Assembly: GCA_964016885.1 (NCBI GenBank)
Contig: OZ024744.1
Location: 61,070,001-61,134,000 of the forward strand
Source of the DNA: Eledone cirrhosa
Taxonomy: Eukaryota
DNA length: 64,000 bases
Direction of reading: 5' to 3'
Both the position numbers and the translations under genes were made by a program. Shown piece after piece: positions 1 through 12,999 of this stretch (its first letter is position 1; every line of letters begins with the position of its first letter). Under the pieces are notes generated by a model, which saw only the letters and a list, made by a program, of their open reading frames with translations, was not told the origin of the DNA and did not search any database.

Positions 1-208
1 ACGAAATTTTAATATTTTGATGCTTAAAATGTTTTAAGTGTCATTTAGAGTATAGTTTTTGTTTCACAAATCCACTATGTAATGAATTTAAAAAAAATAA
101 TTTTATCCGTTGTATAAAGTTTCAATGAAGAGGACACTATATAAGGATTCAGAGCAGGAAGAGACAGCAAGTGAGAGAGAGAGGAGAGGCAGAGCAATGA
201 AAAAGTGT

Positions 209-500
209 TGCAGTTGATCCGATCAACGGAACAGCCTGTGTTCGTGAAATTAACGTGCAAGTGGCTGAGCATTCCACAAACAAGTATACCTGTAATATAG
301 TTCTCAAGGAGATTTTGTTTGGCACAGACTGACAAGGCTGGCCCTTCGAATTACAGGTACAACTCATTTTTGCTAGCTAAGTGGACTGGAGTTATTCAAA
401 ATAAAGTGTCTTGCTCAAGGACATAGCACACCGGTGGGAATCGAACTCACTTACGATCCTAAGCCGAATTCCCTAAGCACAAAGCCACACACCTTCACTA
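209..500 (-). mobile_element. tRNA-derived SINE family C (second copy 37198-37480)
   Basis: Reverse tRNA-like head (GAGTTCGATTCCC), the same CCTTGAGCAAGACAC core, and a distinct tail GGCTGTTCCGTTGATCGGATCAACTG. Confidence 0.75.
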
Positions 501-540
501 CATATACTAGTGATCTTGTAAATAGCCACTTGACATTATA

Positions 541-722
541 TTGGCAGTATCGGTAGAGGGTTCGACGCCATGCTTTCTAGCATAGTTACGTCCCTTTACA
601 GTCTGAGTTCAAATCCCGCTGAGGTTGACTTTGCCTTTCATCCTTACGGGGTCGATAAAATAAAGTACCAGTAATGTACTGGGAAATTGCTGGCCTTGTG
701 CCTAAAGTAGAAACAATTATTT
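541..722 (+). mobile_element. tRNA-derived SINE family A (Meta/MESC-like core); ~10 copies in window
   Basis: A box TGGCAGTATCGG, B box GAGTTCAAATCC, core CTTTGCCTTTCATCCTTACGGGGTCGATAAAATAAAGTACCAG, (ATT)n tail. Other copies at 765-860(-), 15601-15702(-), 29985-30175, 47062-47250, 49242-49411(-), 58062-58250(-), 62510-62620, 63436-63645 and 63862-64000. Confidence 0.85.
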
Positions 723-1160
723 AATGTGATAACCAAACCTATGTCAATGAACTCTTGACATAATTGTTTCTACTTTTGACAGAAGGCCAGCAGTTACCCA
801 GTACATTACTGGTACTTTATTTTATCGACCCCATAAGGATGAAAGGCAAAGTTAACCTTGTAATAACCAAACCTATGTCAACAAACTCTTGACATAATGA
901 TCATGTGTTGTTACTTCAGCTACTCAATCAGCACTACTTGCAGCTTACATGTTACTGTTTGAAACTTTATCTTTCAGTGTATTGTTTTGGTTTGGTTTTT
1001 TGCAGCACTTGGGTTGTTAGTGGCTAATAACTCCCCCTCCCCCACAATATTATTATTATTGAAAGCTTGCACAGTAGCACAGTGAATATGGTATTACTGG
1101 ATATTCTACTGTCTGTTGAATTACAACAAGAACCTTAGGCAGACAGTAATTTCCTGAGTA

Positions 1161-1326
1161 CAGGGCCTATGAGAAGGGGGTTCCAGCCGGTACTTTGTTC
1201 CAGGGCCCAAGAGATAAGAAGGCACCACAGCAACTATGGAACATCCATTAAGAGAAAAATCTTTGCCTGCTTTGGGCCCCAAAAGGGGTCTTGTACTGCC
1301 TTGCAAAATTTCTCTTGGAGGCCCTG
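1161..1326. mobile_element. hAT-type MITE
   Basis: Termini CAGGGCCT...AGGCCCTG; degenerate 8-bp TSD CCTGAGTA/CTTGAGTG. A related end occurs at 51790. Confidence 0.65.
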
Positions 1327-1953
1327 CTTGAGTGTATGTGTATTGCTCAACAGGGTAGTTTTTCTATGAGAGCAATCTGTGATTCAAAGTCTATTTACTT
1401 CAGATACCCTCTTAGTTTTTGTGGTATCAAGCCCAAAGCTCTAATAACAATTGGAATTATCTTGATGGTATTAGATTGTATTGACTACATTTGTGTAATT
1501 GTGATCTTTTGTTATGTTTTCAGTTTCTTTCTAGACTTTGTTGTGGTGTCTTGGGATGGTATCATCAATAATCTGGCATTCATGACTATTTTTTAACATA
1601 ATTATAACATCAGATCTGCTGTATTCAAGTCTGCCATCCATTTTTTGGGACATGTTGGTACTACTTATTGATATCTATATTTTTTTACACATTGCCCAAT
1701 GAAGGTATACAGGCCTTGATATGTTTTATTTTATACCTTATTTTTATTATTCCATATTTCTGAGGTGTGTGCAGCATTGTGTTATTATTTTTGTGTGTGA
1801 TGAGAGAGTATAGACACCTCTTATTAGTGCACCACAAAGCTTGTTTTGTTATGGGGTTTTAGTTTGTAATTTTGTGTGTTATTTTGGTATTTGTTTTGTT
1901 GTGTATGTTGTTTGTTATATGAGTTGTGTTATTTTATTGGCTACTAATCTATG

Positions 1954-2235
1954 GAGGCACATGGCCTAGGGTTGAGGGTGTTGGACTTATGATCATAATG
2001 ATGTGGGTTCAATTCCTGGTCTGCATTGTGTCTTGTGTTCTTAAGAAAAAAACTTCATTTCATGTTGCTCCAGTATACACAGCTGAAAATGAGTACTAGC
2101 AATAGCTATAGGTTTAACCCTGTGATGGACTAGCATCCTGTCCAGGGGGACGTTTTGTACTTTCAGTCACTTCAGGAGAGAAACCGAGATAAGCACTGGT
2201 CTGATGAGCCTCCGAGTTTGAGACAGACTTTATAC
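1954..2235 (+). mobile_element. tRNA-derived SINE with Nin-domain-like body
   Basis: tRNA head, then AACCCTGTGATGGACTAGCATCCTGTCCAGGGGGA...GAAACCGAGATAAGC...CTGATGAGCC. A reverse fragment lies near 6290-6390. Confidence 0.65.
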
Positions 2236-2999
2236 TTAGACCTAGAATCTTGCAGTAGACTATATGTTGTGTGAATTGTCTTGTTTATATTTTATTAGAT
2301 GCTTTTTGTATTGGATATGTGTGGAGATTGTTTTATTTCACCTATGCTATTGAATCAATAATATTTTGTGCAGGATGTGGGCTGTTCCTAGCAGGGCTAT
2401 CTTGGGGATATTGTGTAGTGATGTGAACTCTGGTATGTTTTCTATGTTTTTGTTAATTATTTTTCTATCATACCCTATGACCCATTATTATTGGCACTGT
2501 TTTTACCTTCATGCTCTACATTTTATGTGTTTCAATTTCAAGATCCTTGTATTTTGACAGTTTTCCTACTTCTTTTCGGGTAATGTTTTGGTCAGAAGGA
2601 ATTGCGATGACTATCAGTGTGCATGTGATTTTTTCTAGTCCTTGATTATTATTACCTGGATGGTTTGTCTTGATATCCCCATATCAGTTTGGATGGGCAT
2701 GTCTCAGATGATTGTGGCCAGGTTGTTGTCCTGTATCATGCTTGGTGCATGTTTACACCACTTCTTGTCTGTCTTTACACCAAAGAAGGTGTCATATCGC
2801 CCAGTGGATATATCTGCCAACTAGATCCTCCTATATGCGTGTATATTATAACTTGGCAAATGGGAGAAGAAAAAAAACTGCATAGGCAGTATATCATCCG
2901 TAGCTAAAAAAAAAAAAAAAAAAAAAAAAAAAGCAGAGAGTGAGAGCTTCATTTTGGCTGCAAAATATTAATTCCCCAGGAGTATAAAATTAGGCATGA

Positions 3000-3780
3000 T
3001 AGACTAGGGCAATGATTACAGTGTGTAATATGCAGCAGCAGAAACAACAACAATAGTAAAATGGGAACAATATTCTACCAGAAGAGCAGAAGGGTTGTAT
3101 ACGAAAATGTAGAGATACTAAAGATCAGTTGCTAATTGATAAGGCAATACTAAGAGACTCAAAAAAAGAAAGACTAAGATGGCAATGTCATGGATTGACT
3201 ACCATAAAGCATACGATTTGATCCCACACTCATCGATTATAGAAGGCCTAATATATTTTTGGAATTGCAAAGAATTTGGGTAAAAGTATTGAAAAACAAA
3301 AATCTGATTTAATATGTGATCGACAAAGTTTGGGTACAATTAAAATCAGGTGAGGCATATTTCAGGGAAATATTTTGTCTCCATTGTTGTTTGTACTGTA
3401 CATGGTGCTTCTGACAATGATCTTGGGAAGAGCTAAAGCAGGGTATACATTTAGGGGACAACAGCAAAGGGTTAATCATCTATTATTCATGGATGATCTA
3501 AAATTATATGGAAGAGACAAATCCTAAATTAGTTCACTTATGGCGCATGACTTTAGTCAGGACATGCTAATGGAATTTGGCTTACAGAAATGAGATGTGA
3601 TCATTCTGAAGCAAAGCAAGATCAAACATGTTGACGGAATAACAATACCTTCAGGAGACGTCATGAAGCAAATGATATCGGCTACAAATATCTGGGAATT
3701 TTGGAAAAGGATAATTTGATGGAAACTAAGTTTGCAGAAGACTACTTTAGGAGAGTGAGATTGATTCTAAAATCTTTCTA
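3000..3780 (+). mobile_element. Decayed R4/Dong-type RT fragment
   Basis: Reads [27 protein letters not shown] and NHLLFMDDLKLYG across frameshifts. Confidence 0.7.
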
Positions 3781-4059
3781 CACTGGATAGTTACCATATC
3801 AATTGTTTTCACCAATTATCCCTGTTGATTATCTCCAATGTCATTTTTGATGTTTGTCAACCACTCCACACTTCTGTTATGCTCTTTTCCTACACTCCAG
3901 ATATCACTCCAAAAGTACCCATGTACAACCTTCTCAGTGAATTCGTCAATTTTTTAATTTATTTTGTTCAAGTATTGAGGAGAATTTTCTAGTGTTCCCA
4001 GAAGAGAGATTTGTATCAGGTTTTATTTTATGCCTCTCTTCCAGATCAGTGGCTATCCT

Positions 4060-5820
4060 ATCTGTTGTTGATCTCTGGGGTCAGGTCCCCATTATTGGAG
4101 ACTGTTGAGCCCAGGTAAATGAAGGAGCTGACAAAACTCCATGACATCGTGGCCAATATAAAGTGGGGGAGGATCCAGGCCATCTCCGATATGCATCAAC
4201 TTGGTCTTCGTCCAATGACCTGAAGGCCAAGCTTTGCTGATTCCTCCTGATATATGGTCAGTACATCCCTGAGCTGATCAATTGAGCTGCTGAATAGAGT
4301 GGTGTTGTATGTGTACTCCAGGTCAATTAGGTGGTAGTTCCTGAATGTAATACCAGAAAGTCCCTCACAGACCTTGGTCATCAGATAGTCAATGACTTAG
4401 TTAAAGAGGTTGGTGGCAACCATGCAGCCCTGTTTGACTATGCAGTTGAGAGGTAACCAGTCAGAGTCCTTCTCATTTAGCTCCATGTAACTCTCGGCAC
4501 TGATATAGAACTGTTGGAACAGATATTGGGAGCCACACTGATGAGCTAGAGAATTTTCCAGAGGGATACATGGTCGACCATGTCAAAATTTGCCTTAAGG
4601 TCAACAAATGTGGCATAAAGGCGGAAATCTCAGTGGTACTCCCAAGATCTTTCAATTATTAGGTGGAGGGCAGAAATGAGGTTGGTGGTAGATCGATTTG
4701 GCATGAATCTGGCTTGTTGTGGGTGATATCTGCTTCTAATGGCGGTAAGTACACAGCTGATAAAGATCTTGGTGAAGAGCTTGCTTGGTAGGGAGAGGAG
4801 GGTGATACCCCTGTTGTTGCTGCAGATGAGTTTCTCACACTTGTGTTTCCAGAAGGGGAGGATGATGCCCTGGGTCCTGTTATTTGGGAGCCACTCTGAC
4901 ACCCATACATGGTTGATGATGTGGGTGAGCCACTGGATCATGTTACCTACACCTGCCTTCAACATTTCCATAGTGATAGTGCAAATTCCAGGAATTTTGC
5001 GTTTGTTGGCCTTCTTCGGGGTGGCTCTGACTTCATCAGGAGTGACAGGATCAAGCCTGCAAGAGACATTGCCTGTATCTGTGTTTGTGGTGGTGGTTAG
5101 GATGTGATCGATTGGGACTGGTGGGTGATGAAGAAGAAGGCTGAAGTGCTCCTTCCAGCGTTTGAGGTAGGGGGTTTCCGTGGTGATGATGCTGCTATTG
5201 GTATTATTCACTATGGCTATCTTGATCCGGGGACTGGCACGGGCTCTGTGGAGTGTGTTGAACACCTGGCTGAAGTTATTGTGCCTTGCTGCTGCTTCCA
5301 GGTGCTCAGCTTCTTCTGCCCAAAACTTCTCCCAGTCATCCGCGATGGCCTTGTTGCATATCCGGTTGAGCCGGTGGTACTTATTGATGTTGCTGCATAA
5401 GCAAGCCTTGCAGTGACAGTTAATTATCTCCAGTATCTGCAGTGACATCCAGTGCTATTTAGGAAGAGGTCTTGAGTTAAGCAGGACATCATGTGCAGAC
5501 TGGTTGACGCTTGATTTAAAGATCTCCCAGTTGATGGTCTCGTCCTGGGTGGAGGGCATACAGGGGTTCGTTTGGATGTTGGGCAGTCTGGTTTCTTCTA
5601 GTTGGTTTTGTAACAGGCTGATGGTTCTTCTGGGTGGGTTGTTGGTCCTCCACAGAATAGTCGGATGATGGGGCTTGGTTTTGAACCTCCATGGTGTTAC
5701 TCTGCCTGCCTAGGGTGACCCTACCAGGAGCAAAGTTCCAGATGGGAACACTCTCTCGGATTTATGGAACACACAAGCCCTCTAACCATGACAAGGTCAT
5801 ACCTAGGAGGTGGGGGAGCA
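4060..5820 (-). mobile_element. Decayed RTE-type LINE
   Basis: KRWKEHFSLLL...PGICTIT.EMLKAG...GIILPFWK...NNRGITLLSLPSKLF...QQARF.PNRST (ORF 4630-5448). Confidence 0.8.
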
Positions 5821-6076
5821 GACACATATTTAAAAAAAATATTTTCTACTTATATTATACCGCATCACTTGACCTTAACTGGTTAAGCTTGACCATGCTA
5901 GCGGTCAGTACCAATATTGAAGTTGTCATCTGGTGAGATTTTGTTTCAAGCCTTCCCAGTTTTGAAAATTATTTTCTTCAAGGCCTCCATGAAAGATGGT
6001 TTATATGTTTGTCTCTTTATACTGTGTTCCCCTTTGTAAAGTTTTGCTGGTATATTGGTAAGATGAAAACATTTAA

Positions 6077-6284
6077 CCCTTTAGCATTTAAGCTGGCCAT
6101 ATCTGGCCAGAAATCTCTCATCTCTTTCTGTTCAAACTGGCCATAACTAGCTGCTCATACTTATGTTAAGGTATTGTTCTCAAAATAAATAACATCAAAA
6201 TCTCATAGATTTGATATTATGTGAGATAAAGCCTTTACCATGAAAATACAATAGTAAATATAGAGAAATGTAAATGCTAAAGGG
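6077..6284 (+). mobile_element. piggyBac-like MITE (TTAA target)
   Basis: TTAA-CCCTTTAGCATTTA...TAAATGCTAAAGGG-TTAA. Confidence 0.8.
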
Positions 6285-6601
6285 TTAAAGGTTAAAGTCT
6301 GTCCAAAGCCTTGAGGCTCATCAGGCCAGAATTTACCTTGGTTTCATTAATGATAAACTAATTGTCTGAGAGTACAATACTTCCTCCTGGTGTTTGGAAC
6401 ATCAAATAACAAAGGTTTTTCCATAAACTTATGATGGAAGGTTTTTAGATAAATATAAGCACTTTAAAATAAATAGTTATTATAGAACCAGGGCTAGTTT
6501 GAAGTGATTTCAAATATTTAAGGAGCAACAACTTGTTGCCTCATTTACACATGTGGTCAACATAGCCATCATACTTTTGCAGAAGTCCATGTAGATATGT
6601 G

Positions 6602-6633
<32 letters not shown>

Positions 6634-6801
6634 CAGTTCAGGATTTAGGACAAATGAGGCCCTGTGCTAGTTAAGTTATGAGGCCCCAAACATTTGAAAA
6701 ATTCGTTGTAACAAATTTATTTGGCAGGGCGATGCCCCTTTCCCTGGCCAACGTGGCCCTGTGCTTAAGCACATCTAAGCACAATGGTAAATCCGGCACT
6801 G
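6634..6801. mobile_element. hAT-type MITE inserted in (TG)n
   Basis: TIRs CAGTTCAGGATTTA / TAAATCCGGCACTG, resembling the ends of the hAT at 33429-36922. Confidence 0.65.
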
Positions 6802-7302
6802 TGTGTGTGTGGTTCCGACTACCAAATTTCACTATCAAGGCGTTGGTCAACCCGAGGTTATAGTGGAAGACACTTGCACAAGACGTTGTGCAGTGGGACT
6901 AAACTCGAAACCACGTTATTGCATAGAAAACTCTTTAATCACACAGCCATGTCTGTGCGTTTATATAATATTCCAGGATTACATTTTTCAATGCAACCCT
7001 CTCATTATCAGATAGTAAGGTGTGATTTCAGGAAGCTTTGGTTGATATTTCTAGCAGGTTGAATTACAACGGCGTGGAGGCTCCGTCATATCTACGTTTT
7101 AACAGTTCCATTCTTTCCCCTCTCCCTCTTCTATTCATTCTTATGACCTCTTTTTATGTATTACAGTCATACTCTCCCTCCCCTTTTCTTCTTTTCATCC
7201 TCCACCTCTTCTTTCTATATTATTTTATGTCTTCCTCATTCCTGCATTTTCTCTGTCTTGTTCTCTCTCTGACTTGCTCTTATGTCTTGCTCTCTCTCCC
7301 CA

Positions 7303-7392
<90 letters not shown>
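7303..7392. repeat. (TATC)n microsatellite
   Basis: ~22 perfect TATC units. Confidence 0.95.
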
Positions 7393-7393
<1 letters not shown>

Positions 7394-8313
7394 TTATTTA
7401 TTTATACACCAGCCTGCCTACCTGCCAATCCCCCCCTCTCTCTCTATATATATATGACACATATATATCCATATTCTGTTCTTTTCCCTCTTCATTCTAC
7501 TTTCACTATTTCTCACATCTTTTCTCTTTCTCGCTTTGTTTCTTTTCCTCACCTTCCATCAGAATAAACACACACAGATCAACACTCAATCTCTGTCTGG
7601 CTCTCTCTTTCACACATTTACACTCAATCTCAGACATATACATCCAATTGCACTCACATATATGCGCGCAATCTATACACATGTGCGAGCGCGTACGCGC
7701 GCATACACAACCACACTCAATAAATCACACACTCGTGCATCTACACAAATCTTCCACAGGCAGCACACACAGATACATAACTACATTCAACGAATCACAC
7801 ACCACATACATAACTACACCCATGAATGAAACACACACAAACACACATACAAACAAACGTACATGCGCGCACATCTACATCGAATCTGCCATAGACACAT
7901 TCACCGACGCGCTTACATATCTACAATCAATGAATCATACACGCACAGACACGAACACGCTCTTACATAATTACACTCGGTGAACGACACGCACACACAA
8001 ACATATATACACGCACGCCGCACCATTACACCAAATCCTCTATAAATAGACAGATAGACAAACAAAATTTCATATACAGAGAGACACGCGCATATGTATC
8101 TACATTCAATGAATGACACATACACACTTACGCATGCACACATACACGCACGTACACACATACGCACGCACATCACCGAAATCCTCCACAGACAGAGAGA
8201 CCGACTGACAGACAGACAGACAGACGGACAGACACGCGTGCACACACATACTGACAGACATACACACACATGCACATTTGCTAATACTGCACCACTTAGC
8301 TGCAGTGGCAAAG

Positions 8314-8604
8314 ATGACTGAGAGAAGACCAGTACTGCATACGTGTGTAGTGGGTCTTTTAATAGCCAGTACTGCTCTTTCGGCAGTGTTCAGCGCTCAA
8401 GTTCTTCGGATACTGGAAGACAATGTAACAACCGATGTAAAACCCAACATCACCACAACCACCAACATCACCGCCGACGTAACCGCCACCACCGCGATCA
8501 CCACTACCAACGCCACTAACATCATCACTATCATCAACAACGACAACAGTAGTAGTAATAGTAGTGGCAGTAGTAGTAGTAGTAGTAGTAATAGTAGTAG
8601 TAGC

Positions 8605-8653
<49 letters not shown>

Positions 8654-8765
8654 ATACCGCCAACACTACCACTGTCATTACTACTACAACCTCTAGTAAC
8701 CCCACCACCACCACCACCACCAGCAACAACAACTACAAGCAGAACAAAAACAACAACGCCATCAA

Positions 8766-8797
<32 letters not shown>

Positions 8798-9148
8798 GCA
8801 ACAAAAGCTGTAGAACCACCACCACCACCACCACCACCACCTCCACCAATAACAACACCCAAAACTGTAACTCCACAAATACCATCACCACAATCAATAC
8901 AACCACCGCTAACAACAACAACAACAACAACATTACCACCACTCCCAACAACAACAGTGCCAGTAACAATAAGAACAACACAAATGACATCTCCAATTAC
9001 GAGAACGTGGAGTTCATTGTCACCCGTGATGACAGCGATGAAACAGATGACAGTGGTGTTGGAGAGAAGATAATCACGAAATCTGATAATAGTGGTGATG
9101 ATGACGATGAAACTGAAGACGGTGGCGCTGTTGATGGCGCTGGGACAC

Positions 9149-9228
<80 letters not shown>

Positions 9229-9562
9229 GATGGTGGTGGTGGTGGTGGGGATAACGATTATCATCGTTGGCAGAAAAACAACGGCATCACTGGTGCCAAC
9301 AGCAAAAGTGGTTATATTATTGTTACGTATGATTATGAAAGCAATGCAGCCGCCGCCACTGCCGCTAATAATAATAATAAGAACAACAACAACATCAACA
9401 GCGGCAGTAGTAGATTCAAAGGTAGCAAAAGTACCACGAGCGGAAGACACATCAATGGTCACAACGGTAAAAAGAACAATGACAATAACAACAACATTAA
9501 CAATGATGACATCAGTAACGATAGAAAAAACAGAAAAAACAGCAGCAATAATATCTATGATG

Positions 9563-9605
<43 letters not shown>

Positions 9606-10703
9606 CAACAACAACAATGCCAATGGACATAGCCGCAACAGAAGGAAACATAAGAGACCCAACAACAGCAACAATAACAGCAACAATAACAACAGTAACA
9701 GAAGCACCAAGAAAACAAAGAAAAAAGTCGTTAGCAATTTCAACGAAAACGACAGTATCATCATCATCATCAACAACAACGACGACGACGACGACGGCGA
9801 CGATGTCGATGACGACAATAACAACAACATCAACAGTGATGTTGATAACAATGACAACGACAATGTTGCCATTCACATTACAAACAACAGCCACAACAGA
9901 AATAACACCACCATCACCACCACTAATAACAACAACAGAAGCTATAACAGTTCCAACAATAACAACTTTAGCAGCAGCATCATCAGCAGCAGTAGTAGTA
10001 GCAGTGAAGGTGTTGGTGTTGGGGATGGTAGCAGGCTTAACATTAACCACAACAGTAACAATTATAATAATAACTATGGAAACAAAAGTGACAAAAGTCT
10101 TAGGAGAAGCATCATCATCCGTTCACGGAGGAGGAAGAGGAGAAACAGAAGCATTGGCAGAGGTGGTGTGGCCGACATTACAAGTTTTACTGCCGGCAAC
10201 AACAATAACAGCAACAACAACAACAGCACCAGTAGCAAAAGTGTTATCATTACTGTTAGTAGTAGTAGTGGTAGTAGTAATGGTATTAATGGTAAAATTA
10301 GCAGAGATGGTGCTGCAATTAATGGTAAAACCAAACGAGACACACAGTTTCAAGGTACACATGGTTATGATGAATCAAAGGATTGCTATGATGATCACCC
10401 ATCAGATTCTCATAGTAAAGATGGAAAAGGAGGGGAAGGACCATTTCACGGTCAGAACTCAACGTTGAAGAAGACTTTGTGCGAATATGAAGTGTTTATA
10501 CGAACTGTGATGAAATGTCGAAACATACCAGCTGTGTCCGTTGCCCTGGTAAAAAATGGTGAAGTATTAATGTCTAAAGGATTTGGCCTAGCAGACAGAG
10601 AGAAAGGCATCCGAAATGACAAAGATACGAAATTCTTCATTGGATCCGTCACCAAAGGATTCACAGCAACACTACTAGCAAAACTATTATCTAGCAGAAC
10701 TAA
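8314..10703 (+). CDS. Exon 1: signal peptide, ~650-aa T/N/S/D/G low-complexity region, start of beta-lactamase domain with SxxK
   Basis: ATG at 8314 (MTERRPVLHTCVVGLLIASTALSAVFSA, hydrophobic). CRNIPAVSVALVKNGEVLMSKGFGLAD...FFIGSVTKGFTA with catalytic Ser codon at 10645. Donor AA|GTAAGT at 10704. Confidence 0.9.
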
Positions 10704-12999
10704 GTAAGTATTAGAAGTATCTTTTTACTATTGTCATTGTATTGCTTAGTTTACAGATTAACGCTGATCCACCGAGCCTGTGGTCAAAAGAGTTCAATTT
10801 GTGACTACCCATCTTCCATTTAGATATACTGTATCTATGATGACATTATCTAATGTGTATTTCAAGTTGTTGATTAATCCCATGTCAATTCTATGACATT
10901 CCGGCCATGCCAATTCTCTCTCTTTTTTTCCTTTTAATTCAGATATAAAGCATTTAAAACTACTTTATCCAATGTATCTTTTGTTTATGTTGTTGTTTAA
11001 TCCTAGGTCAGCTCTGATCCAGTAGACCTAGAATCATAATTGTTCCAGCCCACTGCTCCATCTTTTCTTAAGTAAAAAAAAAAAAAATTAACATGTGTCA
11101 GTTTCAACAATTAATGTTCCTGTTATCCAATCAAAAGAATGATCTGCTTATTTAATTGAGATATAGTGTATCTGGGGATACATTATTCAATGTGTCTCAC
11201 CTAGTTGATGTACTTTTGTCTCAGGTCAGACCTCATCTAGTAAAATTGATTAAAAACGTTCCAGCTATGTCTATCCTGTCTTTATTTTTTAAAAATAGCA
11301 TACGAAAGACAACATTATGCAATAGATCTTTTCTCTTTTTATGACAGTTGGGTGTGAATCGAGGGAGATTTGGCTTCTATTTCTCGTGGGTTGTGTAATC
11401 ACATAGAAGCTGTCTCATTGATTCATCCTTATTGTTAATTTATGTTGGTTAACATGTAAACAAAAGTGTCATGTCATAGGTAGTGAATTGGCAGTATCAG
11501 CTGAGATGCTTTGCTGCATTTATTTCAGTTACTTGTATCTAAAGTTCAAATCCTGCCAAGGATAATCTTGTTGTACATCTTTCTGAGGTCTCTAGGTAAA
11601 ATAGCAGTCTAGGGCAGTGTATTTGTGGTGAATTGTTGAACTATTGGATGAGATGTCTTGCTGTAATGCTCCAGCTCTTTGTGTTCTGAAATCAAATCCT
11701 GCTATAGCCTACTTCGGTGTTAGACTTAATCCATAGCCCAGTTTAACACCACAATCAGGCCCTTGAGTGCATTTAGTGGAGCCCATTCTGTTGCAATCAT
11801 TCAGGCCAGGTTTTTGGTTAGAGGATACCTTCTCCCTTCCTTTCCTTCTACCCACTAGTCCATGGAGACACTGAAAAGTGCCAAAGGTACAGCCCTTCTC
11901 TTTCTGACTAACTGATAAAATAAGAAAGAAAAAATCATTTAAATGATGCCAGCCAAAATATAATTTTCCATTTACACTGACTATAAGGCAACAAGCATAG
12001 TCAGAGTTTGTGCTCTCACCTGAAAAACGCAATACTGTAAACAACAAGAGCTGCTCCTCCCATGCCCTGCTCTTAATGTTGCAACTTGATCACTTTTTAA
12101 GCAACTCTCTGCCAGTAATACTACTGTTGCTATGTAACAATCTTAGACTTCTTGCCTCACAGTCAATGGTTTAAAATGGGCAACACCAACTGCACTGTAT
12201 TCTGTGAAAAGCCACCCACTTGTAACTTAGTCATCAGGACTACGGTGAAAACTGGTTAGTGATAGGAAGGGAAATCAGCTAAGAATAACAATCTTTCTCA
12301 TAGAGGAATAAAGATTTCTAAAACGTGATATTTAAAAAAAATGATTCTGTCAGGTGGAAGAGGTTATACTCATTAGCTTTGGCAGGTTAAAAATTGGGCT
12401 GTTGTTACTATTCATACCTGAATGGGTTTAGCTGGCCTCCCATGAAGTTACATCTCAAAGGAGATTTATTTGGTATTTTAATGATAGAAGCCCAAGTCCT
12501 GTCAAAACTATATATTGTTGCTGCTGTAGTTCACACCTGTGTAGGTTTAGCTGGCCACATATAAGACTGCATTTCATAGGAGGTCTCTTGAATGTTTTAA
12601 TGACAGGCACCTCAGTCCTATTGTATTGCCTTTTTTTTCCAGTGACAAGAGGCAGGATTTGAACTCTGAACACACAGATCCATAACAGGTACTGCAAGGT
12701 ATAACATTCAACCCATTACACCTGGACTAGTACTTTATTTATCGATCTGAAAATGATGAAGAGAAAGTCGACTTCAATGAGATTTCAACCCAAGGTGCAG
12801 AGTGCCAGGCATTTAATTTAATGCTCTAACAACTACCAATTTGGCACCTTCTTCAAGACTGATGGGCTCAATTATGAATTATATTATTTAAATTATGTAT
12901 ATGTCTGTAGCACAGTACAGTAGGCAAGAGCATGGGATAAAAGTTCTTGGAAAAAAATTGATTTCTTACATGAAGATAACCTTTCAAGAGAAACACAAT

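Noticed and set aside
541-625. tRNA-like A/B boxes in many places
   Set aside because: They are SINE heads without a complete cloverleaf, so no tRNA genes are called.
2196-2232. CTGATGAG motif suggesting a hammerhead
   Set aside because: It is part of a SINE tail, with no correctly placed GAAA/NUH or stem I.
8278-8313. ORF-track start at 8278
   Set aside because: It is a TTG start. The first in-frame ATG, 8314 (AAGATGA), gives a proper signal peptide.
7038-8321. ORFs of 75-233 aa upstream of the gene (IYLS, THTH repeats)
   Set aside because: They are translations of microsatellites.
8359-10468. Long overlapping ORFs on the antisense strand (563 aa) and in an alternative + frame (458 aa, poly-Met)
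   Set aside because: These are shadows of the triplet-repeat exon 1. They have no domain, and only the main frame splices into the enzyme exons.
10470-10707. Bacterial contamination or an antibiotic-resistance gene
   Set aside because: The domain is split by four spliceosomal introns filled with animal TEs, so it is a host gene. Beta-lactamase activity is not implied by the fold.
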